Shown here: piece after piece, positions 10,260-19,291 of the stretch
Layout of the letters: the number at the start of each line of letters is the position of its first letter
Position numbering within the stretch: the first letter of the stretch is position 1
Assembly: GCA_963833575.1 (NCBI GenBank)
Contig: CAWHXY010000004.1
Coordinates: 320,001 to 384,000 of the forward strand
Length of the DNA stretch: 64,000 nt
DNA from: Candidatus Bathyarchaeota archaeon
GTDB lineage: Archaea > Thermoproteota > Bathyarchaeia > Bathyarchaeales > Bathycorpusculaceae
Direction of reading: 5' to 3'
The notes under the pieces: model-generated
The model's database searches: none
Seen by the model: the letters and a program-made list of their open reading frames with translations, nothing else
Told to the model about the DNA's origin: nothing
Program-made: the position numbers and the translations under genes

Positions 10260-10883
10260 TCACAGCGTTTTTATCAGCGTTTCTATGTTGAAAAATGTGT
10301 TGGCACAACCGTTCTTTAGCAACGGAACAGATTGCCAAGGCATGCCCACACCACTCAACCATTCACCAGACATAAGCACTTCTGCACCGCATGCAACGCC
10401 CACAACACCCTCGTACTTCTTCTGCTTCAAAATATTAGGCATACAAGAACCCCCAGATAAAACGTAAACGTCGTACCCTTTTTCTCTAGCAATGCGTTCT
10501 GCCTTGTTGACACAACAATCAGGTGAGCAATGAGCACAAACGTAAGAGGGCAAGCTCGGCTCGAAAACTGCTTGGCATTGACTATCCATGTATTTTCTAC
10601 AGCAGTGAGGAAGGAAAAGAGCCCTTTTTTTAGTCTGCAGAAATTCCTGTCTCTCCACCAAATTCAAAGTTTGCATATGAAGGAAGTCTCTAATTAGTTC
10701 CACGGAATCTTGGATGTTAAGTCCAGTAATTTCCTGAATTCTGAATTTTCTGATTAAAACCATTAACATCCGTGAGGTTTTTGAGAAAACCTTGTCCATA
10801 CCCGTTTGGTTGGCGATGATGGCGAGTTCTATGAAAAAGTGTTGCGGAGCCTTCGAAATGTCGAAAGTAAACTTGTAGGGCAT
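10260..10883 (-). CDS. DUF116 domain protein
   Basis: LFLPHCCR..C...CAHC..C, YVLSGGS, GVVGVAC, VPLLKNGC motifs. Confidence 0.85.
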   Translation of the reverse strand: MPYKFTFDISKAPQHFFIELAIIANQTGMDKVFSKTSRMLMVLIRKFRIQEITGLNIQDSVELIRDFLHMQTLNLVERQEFLQTKKRALFLPHCCRKYMDSQCQAVFEPSLPSYVCAHCSPDCCVNKAERIAREKGYDVYVLSGGSCMPNILKQKKYEGVVGVACGAEVLMSGEWLSGVGMPWQSVPLLKNGCANTFFNIETLIKTL

Positions 10884-11284
10884 AACTCAAAATAAACAAA
10901 GGGGCCAAACTTAAAAAGAGTATCTTGCCACGGCCAGATGGATTTGAAGTTTTGCTTTGTCGCATGCCTAAATCTCATATTCATAATGCCATTTTCTTGA
11001 GTGACTTCAGTCCCCACAGGAATAGAAAGAGGGGCTACTGGTGCTGACTAAAATAATAATAACAATAGTTAGGTATTGGTATGAGGAGTAAGAAACATAG
11101 TAAAACTTACCCCCTGCTAATTAAACAAAATAATGTTATTAGGGGTAAAAAATAATAGAAAAATTACCCCTCACAAAAACCAATCTAAAGGTAAAACCGA
11201 AACTAAGGGAAATGTCTTTGTTGTTTAATCGCTTTATAGGGAGGGTTGCTCAGTATAAGCGGTAGCGTTATGATTAAATGGTGA

Positions 11285-11578
11285 TTGTATATGTCGGAAA
11301 AATCAAAAATTGTTTTCGTTGGAAATAAAATGCCGATGGATTATGTTATGGCAATTATGACAGGCTTGTCGGCGAATGATTCTAAAGAAATAACTTTGAA
11401 AGCGAGAGGAAAGGCAATAACTACAGCCGTTGACGCAGCCGAAATAGTGAGAAATCGCTTCCTAAAAGACCTGAAAGTACACAAAATCGCGATAGGAACA
11501 GAAGAGATGCCGGCGAGAGAGGGCGAAACCAGAACACGGATGGTTTCAACAATTGAAATAATGCTTACAAAAGCTTAG
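11285..11578 (+). CDS. albA: DNA/RNA-binding protein Alba
   Basis: VFVGNK..MDYV, LKARGKAITTAVDAAE, IGTEE, VSTIEI. Start may be the ATG at 11291. Confidence 0.95.
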   Translation: MYMSEKSKIVFVGNKMPMDYVMAIMTGLSANDSKEITLKARGKAITTAVDAAEIVRNRFLKDLKVHKIAIGTEEMPAREGETRTRMVSTIEIMLTKA

Positions 11579-11691
11579 AATATTTTGCGAAACACACGCT
11601 AAGTAAAACAAAAAGGACGGCATGTTTTGGTCTTCTGCAGTCTGATTGAAAATCACGTTGCAGAACCAAGACAAAATGCTTTCTCAGCTTT

Positions 11692-11901
11692 TTACATATT
11701 TGGGCTATTCTCTGACTTCTCTTTAAACTTCTTTTGCTTTAATTCCTTTCTTTTGACTTTGGCTCCATATCTTTTCCTAACGTAAATTGCCCTACAACTA
11801 TTGGCATGGTACATTTTTTTTGGATCATACGTTTTGAATACAATGCCGCAGGGGCAGGTTACACTGAGAACTTTACTGCTTAGTCTTTCGAAGTTTTCCA
11901 T
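11692..11901 (-). CDS. Small basic putative Zn-binding protein
   Basis: CPCG...YHANSC plus Lys-rich tail; upstream GAGTGA SD-like sequence. Confidence 0.6.
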   Translation of the reverse strand: MENFERLSSKVLSVTCPCGIVFKTYDPKKMYHANSCRAIYVRKRYGAKVKRKELKQKKFKEKSENSPNM

Positions 11902-12267
11902 ATCACTCTACCCAACAATTTTTACATTCAAGGAACTTGAGAAGAACCGTATCCACAGCATTATACTCAATGATTAAAGATAATAAGTCCTTCTTTTCCT
12001 CTTCAGCACTCCATAGATGCCCTAAAGACTAATTGTTCTAAAGTTACTCTTTTCTTTTTCAATCTTTCCACGCTTCTATTAGGTAGACAAGGCAACGCGA
12101 AAATGGCTCTTTGTAAGGCTATATTTTCTTGTACTGTTATCCCTATATACTCCGCAATGCTATAGCATAGACTTGTCAGAATTTTTTAAGAAGAAGAATA
12201 CAAGCCTATTCCAAGTTACTTTGTTTTCTCAAGACAGTTCTGACAAAAAATATGGAAGAAAATAACT

Positions 12268-12909
12268 TTGAACCATAAAAAACCAATCATAATCGAGCAC
12301 CTCGCCTATATTTCAGTGAAGCACCACGTTTACCTTTCAGAGCTCTATCAGGCTTTAGTTTCGGCAAGAGAAAGTGGAAAATCTACCTGTGAGACTTTAA
12401 CAATCAAGTACCGCGGAAACAAAACCGACCAAGCTATCTTTCTTATCACAAAAAGCAATATCGTCATAGCGCAGTTCCGAGTTGAGGAAGAATTTCTGCT
12501 TAGAAAGAACATAAGTTTTGAGAGCTGGCTGGATACTGACAAAATACGCAGACAAATAACTAAACAAAACCTCAGACTTGATTCGATGTTAATTCAAAAC
12601 TTGCGATACGGAATGAAGAAGGTTAATCTAACGGCGGAAGTTTTGGAAACCGAAAAAACCCACCTAATACACACCCAGTACGGAAACAGCGTCATGCTGA
12701 CTGGGGTCTGGATAGGTGATGAAACTGGAAAAGTCAAGCTTAGTCTCTGGGGCGAACAAGCAAACTTGCCAGTCATAGGTGACATAGTGCAAATCAAGCA
12801 TGCATCAGTACGAACTTTCAGGGGAGAACAACTTCTGAGTTTGGGAAAATTCGGTTCATTCAGCATTCTACGCTCGTTAATTGTTGATAATAGTAATGTG
12901 ACCGCATAA
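12268..12909 (+). CDS. OB-fold single-stranded DNA-binding (SSB/RPA-like) protein with N-terminal extension
   Basis: C-terminal KVNLTAEVLE...IGDETGKVKLSLWG...GDIVQIKHA..FRGEQLLSLGKFG is a crenarchaeal SSB-type OB fold. Confidence 0.85.
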   Translation: MNHKKPIIIEHLAYISVKHHVYLSELYQALVSARESGKSTCETLTIKYRGNKTDQAIFLITKSNIVIAQFRVEEEFLLRKNISFESWLDTDKIRRQITKQNLRLDSMLIQNLRYGMKKVNLTAEVLETEKTHLIHTQYGNSVMLTGVWIGDETGKVKLSLWGEQANLPVIGDIVQIKHASVRTFRGEQLLSLGKFGSFSILRSLIVDNSNVTA

Positions 12910-13890
12910 AAGCTCTCCAATCTCTTTTAGAATTAGTGTCACTATCTAAGAGTGAAGAAGGAATTTTACACTTAACCCTGTCATCGGTCAAGCAATAAGA
13001 AAACTCCGACAAAAAGAGAAAACAGAAGGTTTAGAAAAATGAATTGGAGATTAATTAAAGTGAATTTATTCGCATGTCGGTTCTATTTGTTAAGAGAAAT
13101 TTCACATTTTAAGCATCAATTGCCAAGTTTTCAGATATTTTAGCAAGTTTGGTTTGCTTCTAAGTGCAATTGAAAGCAGTAGCCATTTTTCTTCATCGGA
13201 AAGAGCCCATAATTCAATAACTGACTCCAAAATTTCCTCAGTTATTATTATTCTTTCCGTATTAATTGAGATTTTTCTAGCGCGCCGCGCCCTCCTGAGT
13301 CGAAATGTCCTTTCAACCGATAGGAAGACTTAAAGAAAACAAGCTAACAATACGCATACAGAGCGGAAGAACTTGGAAAAACACAGCGACGACTTATTTA
13401 CTTTTACCTTTTTCGGTTTTGGTGAAAATATATGAAAGATTTTAAATGTCCAATATGTGGTGGACCAACTGAAAAGGTTTGGGAAAATGAAACTAAAACA
13501 AGATACGGAATGAAATGTAGAGATGGTCATAAAAACACCAATACCAAATCGGGTGGTTCACAAGAATACTCCGTGTTTCTTGTTTCAAGTGAAGAACTGG
13601 AATAGTTAGAGTTACTTGTCGAAGAGTCCCGTAGACACAGAGAGCTCAGTAATAAAACAGCAGATACACAAGCGAAAATGTGTCCACTTCTTAATGAAAT
13701 GCAGAACTCTGACGCTGGCAAAAGACATGATTAAGGGCGTATTTAATCCTCTGCTCCTCTCTGCGAAATGCACGAAACCGAAAACTGCTTATACACTACC
13801 CCCTCAGATAAGGATTAAAGGAAACAATGTTTCCATACACGATAAGAAATCAAATTTTTCGAATCAAAAAACTTTAGAGGTAGAAAAGAA

Positions 13891-14040
13891 ATGACAACAA
13901 AAAAATCTAAAAAAAATCGCTTACCACCCAAAACAGACTCCAAACATAGACCCAAAGAGACCCAAAAGAAAAATCAAAACACCAACAAAAGAATTGAGAC
14001 ATTTTTACCCATTTCAAATGAAGAGATGCCCAAAGACTAA
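13891..14040 (+). CDS. Possible small basic protein (49 aa)
   Basis: Manual translation MTTKKSKKNRLPPKTDSKHRPKETQKKNQNTNKRIETFLPISNEEMPKD*; GAGGT upstream. Below the ORF-track cutoff. Confidence 0.35.
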   Translation: MTTKKSKKNRLPPKTDSKHRPKETQKKNQNTNKRIETFLPISNEEMPKD

Positions 14041-14171
14041 CTAACCATGGTAAATAATTGGTGTGCCCTTTTCCCTTAACAGATATGTAAGCTCTGAGTA
14101 TATTCTCTTTTAGGTCTGCTGAGCAGATTCTACTGAGTGTCTAATACTGTACAGTTCCCCAGTAGTAGAAA

Positions 14172-14196
14172 GGGGTGTTCACTAAAATTTAATGCA
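14172..14196. repeat. Boundary site S3 (core reads as the reverse complement)
   Basis: GGGGTGTTCACT-AAAATTT-AATGCA (core 14184-14190). Confidence 0.75.
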
Positions 14197-14208
14197 GGGG
14201 CTTGCAGC

Positions 14209-14427
14209 TTAGAGTCCAAGGTGGTCGTGTAGGGTCTTCTGGCTTATGTCCGTCCACTCATGACCGCAGCTTTTGCACTTGAAAGTTACCCTAAAATTCT
14301 CGATACGTTCCCGCTTGTAGCCGCCCCTGTATCCAGGCTCCATAACCTCATATGGGTTTTCGAGCTGCTCACGTTTTACCTCTTTCGCCTGGAACAACCG
14401 ACCGCATGACGGGCATCTTTTGAACAT
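14209..14427 (-). CDS. Small Zn-ribbon protein
   Basis: CPSCG ... CKSCGHEW; sole gene between S3 and S4. Confidence 0.75.
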   Translation of the reverse strand: MFKRCPSCGRLFQAKEVKREQLENPYEVMEPGYRGGYKRERIENFRVTFKCKSCGHEWTDISQKTLHDHLGL

Positions 14428-14520
14428 GATTCCAGCTTCAATCAGGTATTGGAATTTTATGTCTTAAATGTTTGCCCCGCAATGTACGTTGTAATCGGGC
14501 ATGAAAGCCTTCCAAAATCA

Positions 14521-14550
14521 GTGTGTGTGCATTAAATTTTAATCTTTTTC
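14521..14550. repeat. Boundary site S4
   Basis: GTGTGTGTGCATT-AAATTTT-AATCTTTTTC (core 14534-14540). Confidence 0.75.
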
Positions 14551-14670
14551 CCCTCTGCTTCTAACTAACTCCTACTTACTACTTCTCTTTACTATTACTC
14601 TCTACTCTTTCTCCTTATTTACACACAAGACAGACAAACAAAAAATCAAAAAAGAAAAGAAGATGTTTAG

Positions 14671-15177
14671 CTAAGGTTTCTTGGTGTGCCGCTTTTTTGC
14701 TGCCAATTCAATCGTGCAAAGGGTCACTGCCACTGCTGCAGCCGCAACTAAAATGAGCGCTGCACTGCTGAACTCAGGTACTGTCGGAGTAGAAGTTGCA
14801 GAAGTTGTCGGGCTAACGGAAGCAGATGCAGTTGGGCTTGATGACGCAGACGTAGTTTTAACGTACACGTTTCCTGTTTGAACTGCGGTGAAACCGTTGT
14901 TTGTGATTGTGAAATAATCGTCTTGAGTTATGCCTAGTACGCTATATATGCCTTCGAAAGTGGTTGAGTTGGTTATAGCCCAAGTGCCAGAATGGTTACT
15001 AAATAGTCCTGTGCCATTTTCATAAAGAATTATAGTGTATCCTGTTCCGCTTGAAGTTTGTTCCGCATACGTACCAGCCATACTTGACATAGTAGGTGTT
15101 GCACTTGCGTTGGCTGCTGACAAAGCAAAAATCGCGATGAGCATTAAACCTAGTAGCTTCCAAACTTTGACTTTCAT
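14671..15177 (-). CDS. Small secreted protein with PEF-CTERM sorting signal
   Basis: Signal peptide, S/T/P linker, VPEF + hydrophobic helix + KKRH. Confidence 0.85.
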   Translation of the reverse strand: MKVKVWKLLGLMLIAIFALSAANASATPTMSSMAGTYAEQTSSGTGYTIILYENGTGLFSNHSGTWAITNSTTFEGIYSVLGITQDDYFTITNNGFTAVQTGNVYVKTTSASSSPTASASVSPTTSATSTPTVPEFSSAALILVAAAAVAVTLCTIELAAKKRHTKKP

Positions 15178-15520
15178 GTTTATCCCTTAATGTTTCTTCG
15201 GTAGCACGCTATTGATACGTGCCCTAACTGGCTTAGTTTGTTTCAATAAACATAAAAAACTTTGCTATAAAAGCCTGAAGTAGCCTTATTGCGCGGTAAG
15301 TTAAACTAAATGAAAAGAAGTAGCGAATTGCTTAATATTTTAGACTTTAAACCATGCTTTCTTTCTTCGTTAACCGTCTTTGTTGTGAAAAAACAGAGCC
15401 CCTGCTTGTGAGGGGGTGCCCTTTAGGGTGATGTTCCTCACTAAGCGAGGTGTTTTTGCTTCACTATTTCAGCATGTGTGTTTGTCTTTGTCTGTCTGAC
15501 TTGTGTGTGCTAAAGGAGAG

Positions 15521-15544
15521 AGAAAAAGATTAAATTTTAATCTT
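15521..15544. repeat. Boundary site S5
   Basis: AAGATT-AAATTTT-AATCTT with perfect inverted arms (core 15532-15538). Confidence 0.75.
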
Positions 15545-15558
15545 GGAGGTTCTACGCA

Positions 15559-15604
15559 GGAACCTATAGAGGGCCTATCCTCGCAGGTTCCGTTTTTTCG
15601 TTTT
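15559..15604 (+). terminator. GC-rich hairpin followed by T tract
   Basis: GGAACCT..GAGG/CCTC..AGGTTCC stem, then TTTTTTCGTTTT. Confidence 0.45.
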
Positions 15605-15653
15605 CTCTTCAGATAAGCTTTTACTTTGAAAATAAAAGCAAGTAATTGTAACT

Positions 15654-16205
15654 TTAGTTTAGTCCTTTAATGTTTGTGTCTTTAAGGTTAAATTCTATAT
15701 GGTAGGTTTGATTTTCAAAAATTGTCGTATAAATAATTCTAACGGGCCACAGAAGAACTTTATCTATGTAATATGTAGCGTTAATAGCTTGGTTGGTGTA
15801 ATCGTAGACTATGCAATCTCGGCTTCCTAAGCTTCTGACGGTTATTTTCGTATTATAGGTTCTTGCAAGTGTCATACCTTTAGGCTGAAAGTTGATGTTT
15901 GTTTTATTGACCCACAAAGTAGTTTGGTCGGATAATGTTGGCGCAAAAGATGTGGCAATTGATGAGTTTGTCTTGATTTGCACGTGGGTGGCGTTTAAGT
16001 CAGTAATTTGTATCGTTTCGTTTACGCTACTTGGTATAGAAATGGAGTCTATTTGGCCTTCATATGTTGCATATGCCCCTTTAAACATCCAAGACTCAGC
16101 CATGCTGTGCTGGGAATTATCCATAAGTTGGATTCCAATAATCAAAACTAATGATGAAATGGCTAAAACGATAGCGAACCCAACAATTATCCAACCTTTT
16201 CCCAT
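15654..16205 (-). CDS. Membrane-anchored hypothetical protein
   Basis: N-terminal TM helix; WMFKGAYATY...YYIDKVLLWP...LKDTNI pattern seen in archaeal surface proteins. Confidence 0.75.
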   Translation of the reverse strand: MGKGWIIVGFAIVLAISSLVLIIGIQLMDNSQHSMAESWMFKGAYATYEGQIDSISIPSSVNETIQITDLNATHVQIKTNSSIATSFAPTLSDQTTLWVNKTNINFQPKGMTLARTYNTKITVRSLGSRDCIVYDYTNQAINATYYIDKVLLWPVRIIYTTIFENQTYHIEFNLKDTNIKGLN

Positions 16206-16401
16206 ACTTAGCTAAGGAATGAATTGCGTTAAAAGGGTTATCACGTTTAACAATTTTCCCTCTCCTTTAAGGATATGTCCAGAAACCTCAGCAAACCATT
16301 TTATTTTTTAGGTTAAACCAAAATTGGCAATATGGTGAATAGTCAAAATCAACCGTTAAATTAACCCACGATAAGACCCTTTCAAACGCGAGACAAATCA
16401 T

Positions 16402-16418
16402 GGTAAAATTTTAATGCC
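16402..16418. repeat. Boundary site S6 (putative chromosomal attachment site)
   Basis: GGTA-AAATTTT-AATGCC (core 16406-16412), immediately upstream of the metallopeptidase promoter. Confidence 0.7.
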
Positions 16419-16492
16419 AGAAATCCCTTGAATATGCGCTTAACTTTTTAACCTTAACGACATATTTGCATGTGAAAGAGAGAGGGTTTGGC

Positions 16493-16903
16493 ATGCCGAT
16501 TAAATATTTTGAAGCGCCTGAAATTAAAAAACAAGTAGACCAGCTGGCTGAAGAATGCGAGTTCTACCACGTTGTACCCCAATTCGTTTACTGCATACGC
16601 AGCAGAGGTTCTAAAGCCAGACGCACTATTGCCCGCATTCATGGTTTAGGCAAAGTTTGGCAAGGCGTTCTGAACATGCCGGCGTCGTACACGATTGAAG
16701 TTATCTCGGAAGTTTATGACAGGATGTCACCTGAAGATAAAGAAAGAACATTGATTCATGAACTGATGCATATCCCAGGAGGATTTTCAGGAGGCTTTCG
16801 CCCGCACAAAGGATATGTGGAAAGAAAAAATGTCGAAGCAGTTTACAAGAAGCTTCAGAGTGATAGGGCTGCAAAAAAACAGAAACCGCTTTTTTTCGGG
16901 TAA
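16493..16903 (+). CDS. Putative metallopeptidase (HEXXH)
   Basis: RSRGSKA.RTIARIHGL..VWQ, YTIEVISE.YD, LIHELMHIP. Start moved to the ATG at 16493 after a GAGGG SD. Confidence 0.85.
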   Translation: MPIKYFEAPEIKKQVDQLAEECEFYHVVPQFVYCIRSRGSKARRTIARIHGLGKVWQGVLNMPASYTIEVISEVYDRMSPEDKERTLIHELMHIPGGFSGGFRPHKGYVERKNVEAVYKKLQSDRAAKKQKPLFFG

Positions 16904-17056
16904 ACTCTGCCATTTTCTTAACTTTTTTGAGCTTTGCAAGTAAGATTAAAGTTAGTCTCAAGTTTAACACCGAAAAGTAAAAAAAGCATGTAAAAACAAA
17001 TATTGACAAGACTTAAACGAACAAGTTCTATTCCATGAAATATTGAGGTTTAACAA

Positions 17057-18724
17057 ATGAAACACGTTATGAAAAGTCTGAAGCATAACGGAATATTCGT
17101 TCCAACTTACGATTACAAAGGCTTCACCATCAAAATTAACGGACAACCCGTAAAGTTGACTCCCAAAAGCGAGCAGATGGCGGTTGCCTGGGTACGAAAA
17201 ACCCTCTCAACTGTGTCGCCGCCAGACCAAGTTTTCAAACATAATTTCATGCGTGAATTTCTAAATGAAATCAAAGCTGAAAATCCTTCAGCCACCTTTC
17301 TGAACAATTTTGTTCCAAGTTACCTCCACAATATAGAGCATCCGCCAGCAACCCTAAACAACGGCAGCCAGCCAGCAAACCAGGAAATTGATTTCTCACA
17401 AGTCGCCAACTACATTGAAAGCGAAAAAGCCAAAAAAGAAGCCCTCACCAAAGAAATCAAAAAACAACAGGCTGAAGAACGCAAAGTTAAACGCTTGGAA
17501 TTCAAAGAAAAATATGGCTACGCCGAGGTTGATGGACAAAAGCTGGAGATTGCCAACTGGACATCTGAGCCATCATGCCTTTTTGCTGGTCGAGGAGATC
17601 ATCCGCAACGGGGCAAATGGAAGGATGGCCCAAGCGAATCTGACATTATTCTTAATTTACCTAAAGATGATAAAGGTAAACTCCTGGTTCCAAGGCCAGC
17701 TGGAAACTGGAAGGATATAGTTTGGGAACCTAACAAAATGTATGTTGCCAAATGGGAAGACAAGCTAACAGGAAAAATCAAATATGTCTGGTTTAGCGAC
17801 ACAGCATTTCTCAAACAAAATCGCGAAAAAGAAAAGTTCCAAAAAGCTGAAACATTGGGCAAACAAATCAAAACTATAGAGCAGCACATTTTGCGAAATC
17901 TTAATGATAAAGACGATTTGAGGCGCAAAACTGCAACTGTCGCGTGGCTTATTTTGGTGCCAAACATGAGGGTCGGCGACGAAAAAGACCCAGACGAAGC
18001 CGACACAGTAGGCGCCATAACACTCAGAGCCGAACACATCAAAATAGAAGGCAACATCATCCACTTCGACTTCCTCGGCAAAGACAGCGTCAGATGGATA
18101 AAAGACATACCAGCACCACCCGAAGTCATACGAAACCTACAGCACTACGCCAAAACAAGCAAAGAATACCTCTTCGAAGGCGTCGACTCCAAAATGGTCG
18201 CCCGATTTCTATCTGAAAAAATGCCGAAACTCACCGCTAAGGTTTTCCGTACATGGAGATGCACAAAAACCGTCCGAGAAGAATTAGAGAAAAGCGGAAT
18301 AACAAAAGAAGACCCAGATTACTGCAAGGTTTACGCCGCAAAAATGGCCAATTTCAAAGTCGCCGAAGTCGCAAACCACAAACGCAAAGTTCCACCAACC
18401 TTTGACCAGCGCTTAGAGAAGAAGGAAGCAAACATCAAATCATTAGAGGCGCAGCTTGTGGTGAAGAAGGCGGCTGGCAAAAAAACCGAAACATTAGAAA
18501 CTCGAATAAAGCGGGCCAAGCTTGACTTAGAACTAACCAAACTAACCAAAGAATACAATTTAGGAACATCGCTCAAATCTTACATTGACCCGACAGCTTA
18601 TGTGAAATGGGCTAAAAAAGTCAAGTTCGACGTCGAAAAATTCTACCCCACAACACTCCGAAACAAGTTCAGCTGGGCACTGCAGAGCGGCAAAGCGCAA
18701 GCAGCCGAGTGCATAACTGCATGA
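17057..18724 (+). CDS. top1: DNA topoisomerase IB (eukaryote-like)
   Basis: GRGDHPQRG, MRVGDEKD..EADTVGA.TLR, FDFLGKDS, TAKVFRT, ANHKR, GTSLKSYIDP (catalytic Tyr). Confidence 0.95.
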   Translation: MKHVMKSLKHNGIFVPTYDYKGFTIKINGQPVKLTPKSEQMAVAWVRKTLSTVSPPDQVFKHNFMREFLNEIKAENPSATFLNNFVPSYLHNIEHPPATLNNGSQPANQEIDFSQVANYIESEKAKKEALTKEIKKQQAEERKVKRLEFKEKYGYAEVDGQKLEIANWTSEPSCLFAGRGDHPQRGKWKDGPSESDIILNLPKDDKGKLLVPRPAGNWKDIVWEPNKMYVAKWEDKLTGKIKYVWFSDTAFLKQNREKEKFQKAETLGKQIKTIEQHILRNLNDKDDLRRKTATVAWLILVPNMRVGDEKDPDEADTVGAITLRAEHIKIEGNIIHFDFLGKDSVRWIKDIPAPPEVIRNLQHYAKTSKEYLFEGVDSKMVARFLSEKMPKLTAKVFRTWRCTKTVREELEKSGITKEDPDYCKVYAAKMANFKVAEVANHKRKVPPTFDQRLEKKEANIKSLEAQLVVKKAAGKKTETLETRIKRAKLDLELTKLTKEYNLGTSLKSYIDPTAYVKWAKKVKFDVEKFYPTTLRNKFSWALQSGKAQAAECITA

Positions 18725-18996
18725 GCATCGCTGAGAACAAAGATGGCATAATCATCACAATTTATGTTAAACCCAACTCCCCCAAATTCAAAGTTGAGCT
18801 TGACGGCGACGAAATCATTGTCCACTCAACCGAGGAACCAGTCAAGGGCAAAGTCAACAAGGAAATTTTGAAAGAATTTACCAAACTTTTGCGAGTAAAA
18901 GTTGAGCTTGCCTCAGGCGCCACCTCAAAACAGAAGCAGCTATCTGTAAAAGGCATAAGCAAGAACCAAGCGATGCAGCTTTTGCAGTTACTGTAG
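18721..18996 (+). CDS. DUF167 (YggU-like) protein
   Basis: IYVKPNS...EEPVKGKVNKE...SGATSKQK; ATGA overlap with the topo IB stop codon. Confidence 0.9.
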   Translation: MSIAENKDGIIITIYVKPNSPKFKVELDGDEIIVHSTEEPVKGKVNKEILKEFTKLLRVKVELASGATSKQKQLSVKGISKNQAMQLLQLL

Positions 18997-19291
18997 TTGT
19001 GTACAACAGGATATATTACGAGAATCGAAATATCCCTTATATGCAAAACAAGCCCATGAGTAAGATGGAAAGAAATGTAGTTCAAGGGAAAGGGGCAAAC
19101 CCCCAATCACCTTACCCCAAAAACATTAGCACGAAACAATTTTGATGATTGCCTTTTCTGCAAATACGCTTTATGGTTAGTTTTTAGGTTGATAGCTGTT
19201 AGCAAAAGATTTTTTGCATAACCCATAGGATGCTCTGTCTTTAAGAATCGCAAATGTTTTTAGATTAATCAGGCTATTAGAAGGATCGTTT

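Noticed and set aside
11030-11212. Replication origin (ORB elements)
   Set aside because: No full ORB consensus and no adjacent cdc6/orc1; kept only as a possible operator cluster.
13103-13894. Several short ORFs (13330-13530, 13527-13721, 13616-13894 and a start-less minus-strand frame near 13103-13328)
   Set aside because: No recognisable motifs, mutually overlapping; cannot decide which, if any, is real.
15395-15456. GC-rich patch as possible tRNA or ncRNA
   Set aside because: No cloverleaf or TTCRA T-loop recognisable; too short and unsupported.
5964-16418. Classical integron (intI + attC) or canonical dif site
   Set aside because: No integrase ORF, no convincing RYYYAAC...GTTRRRY hairpins, and the site is not an 11-6-11 dif layout. 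Reported instead as a distinct candidate system.
17057-18724. Calling this ORF a tyrosine recombinase/integrase
   Set aside because: Motifs are those of eukaryote-like topo IB, already known in TACK archaea.
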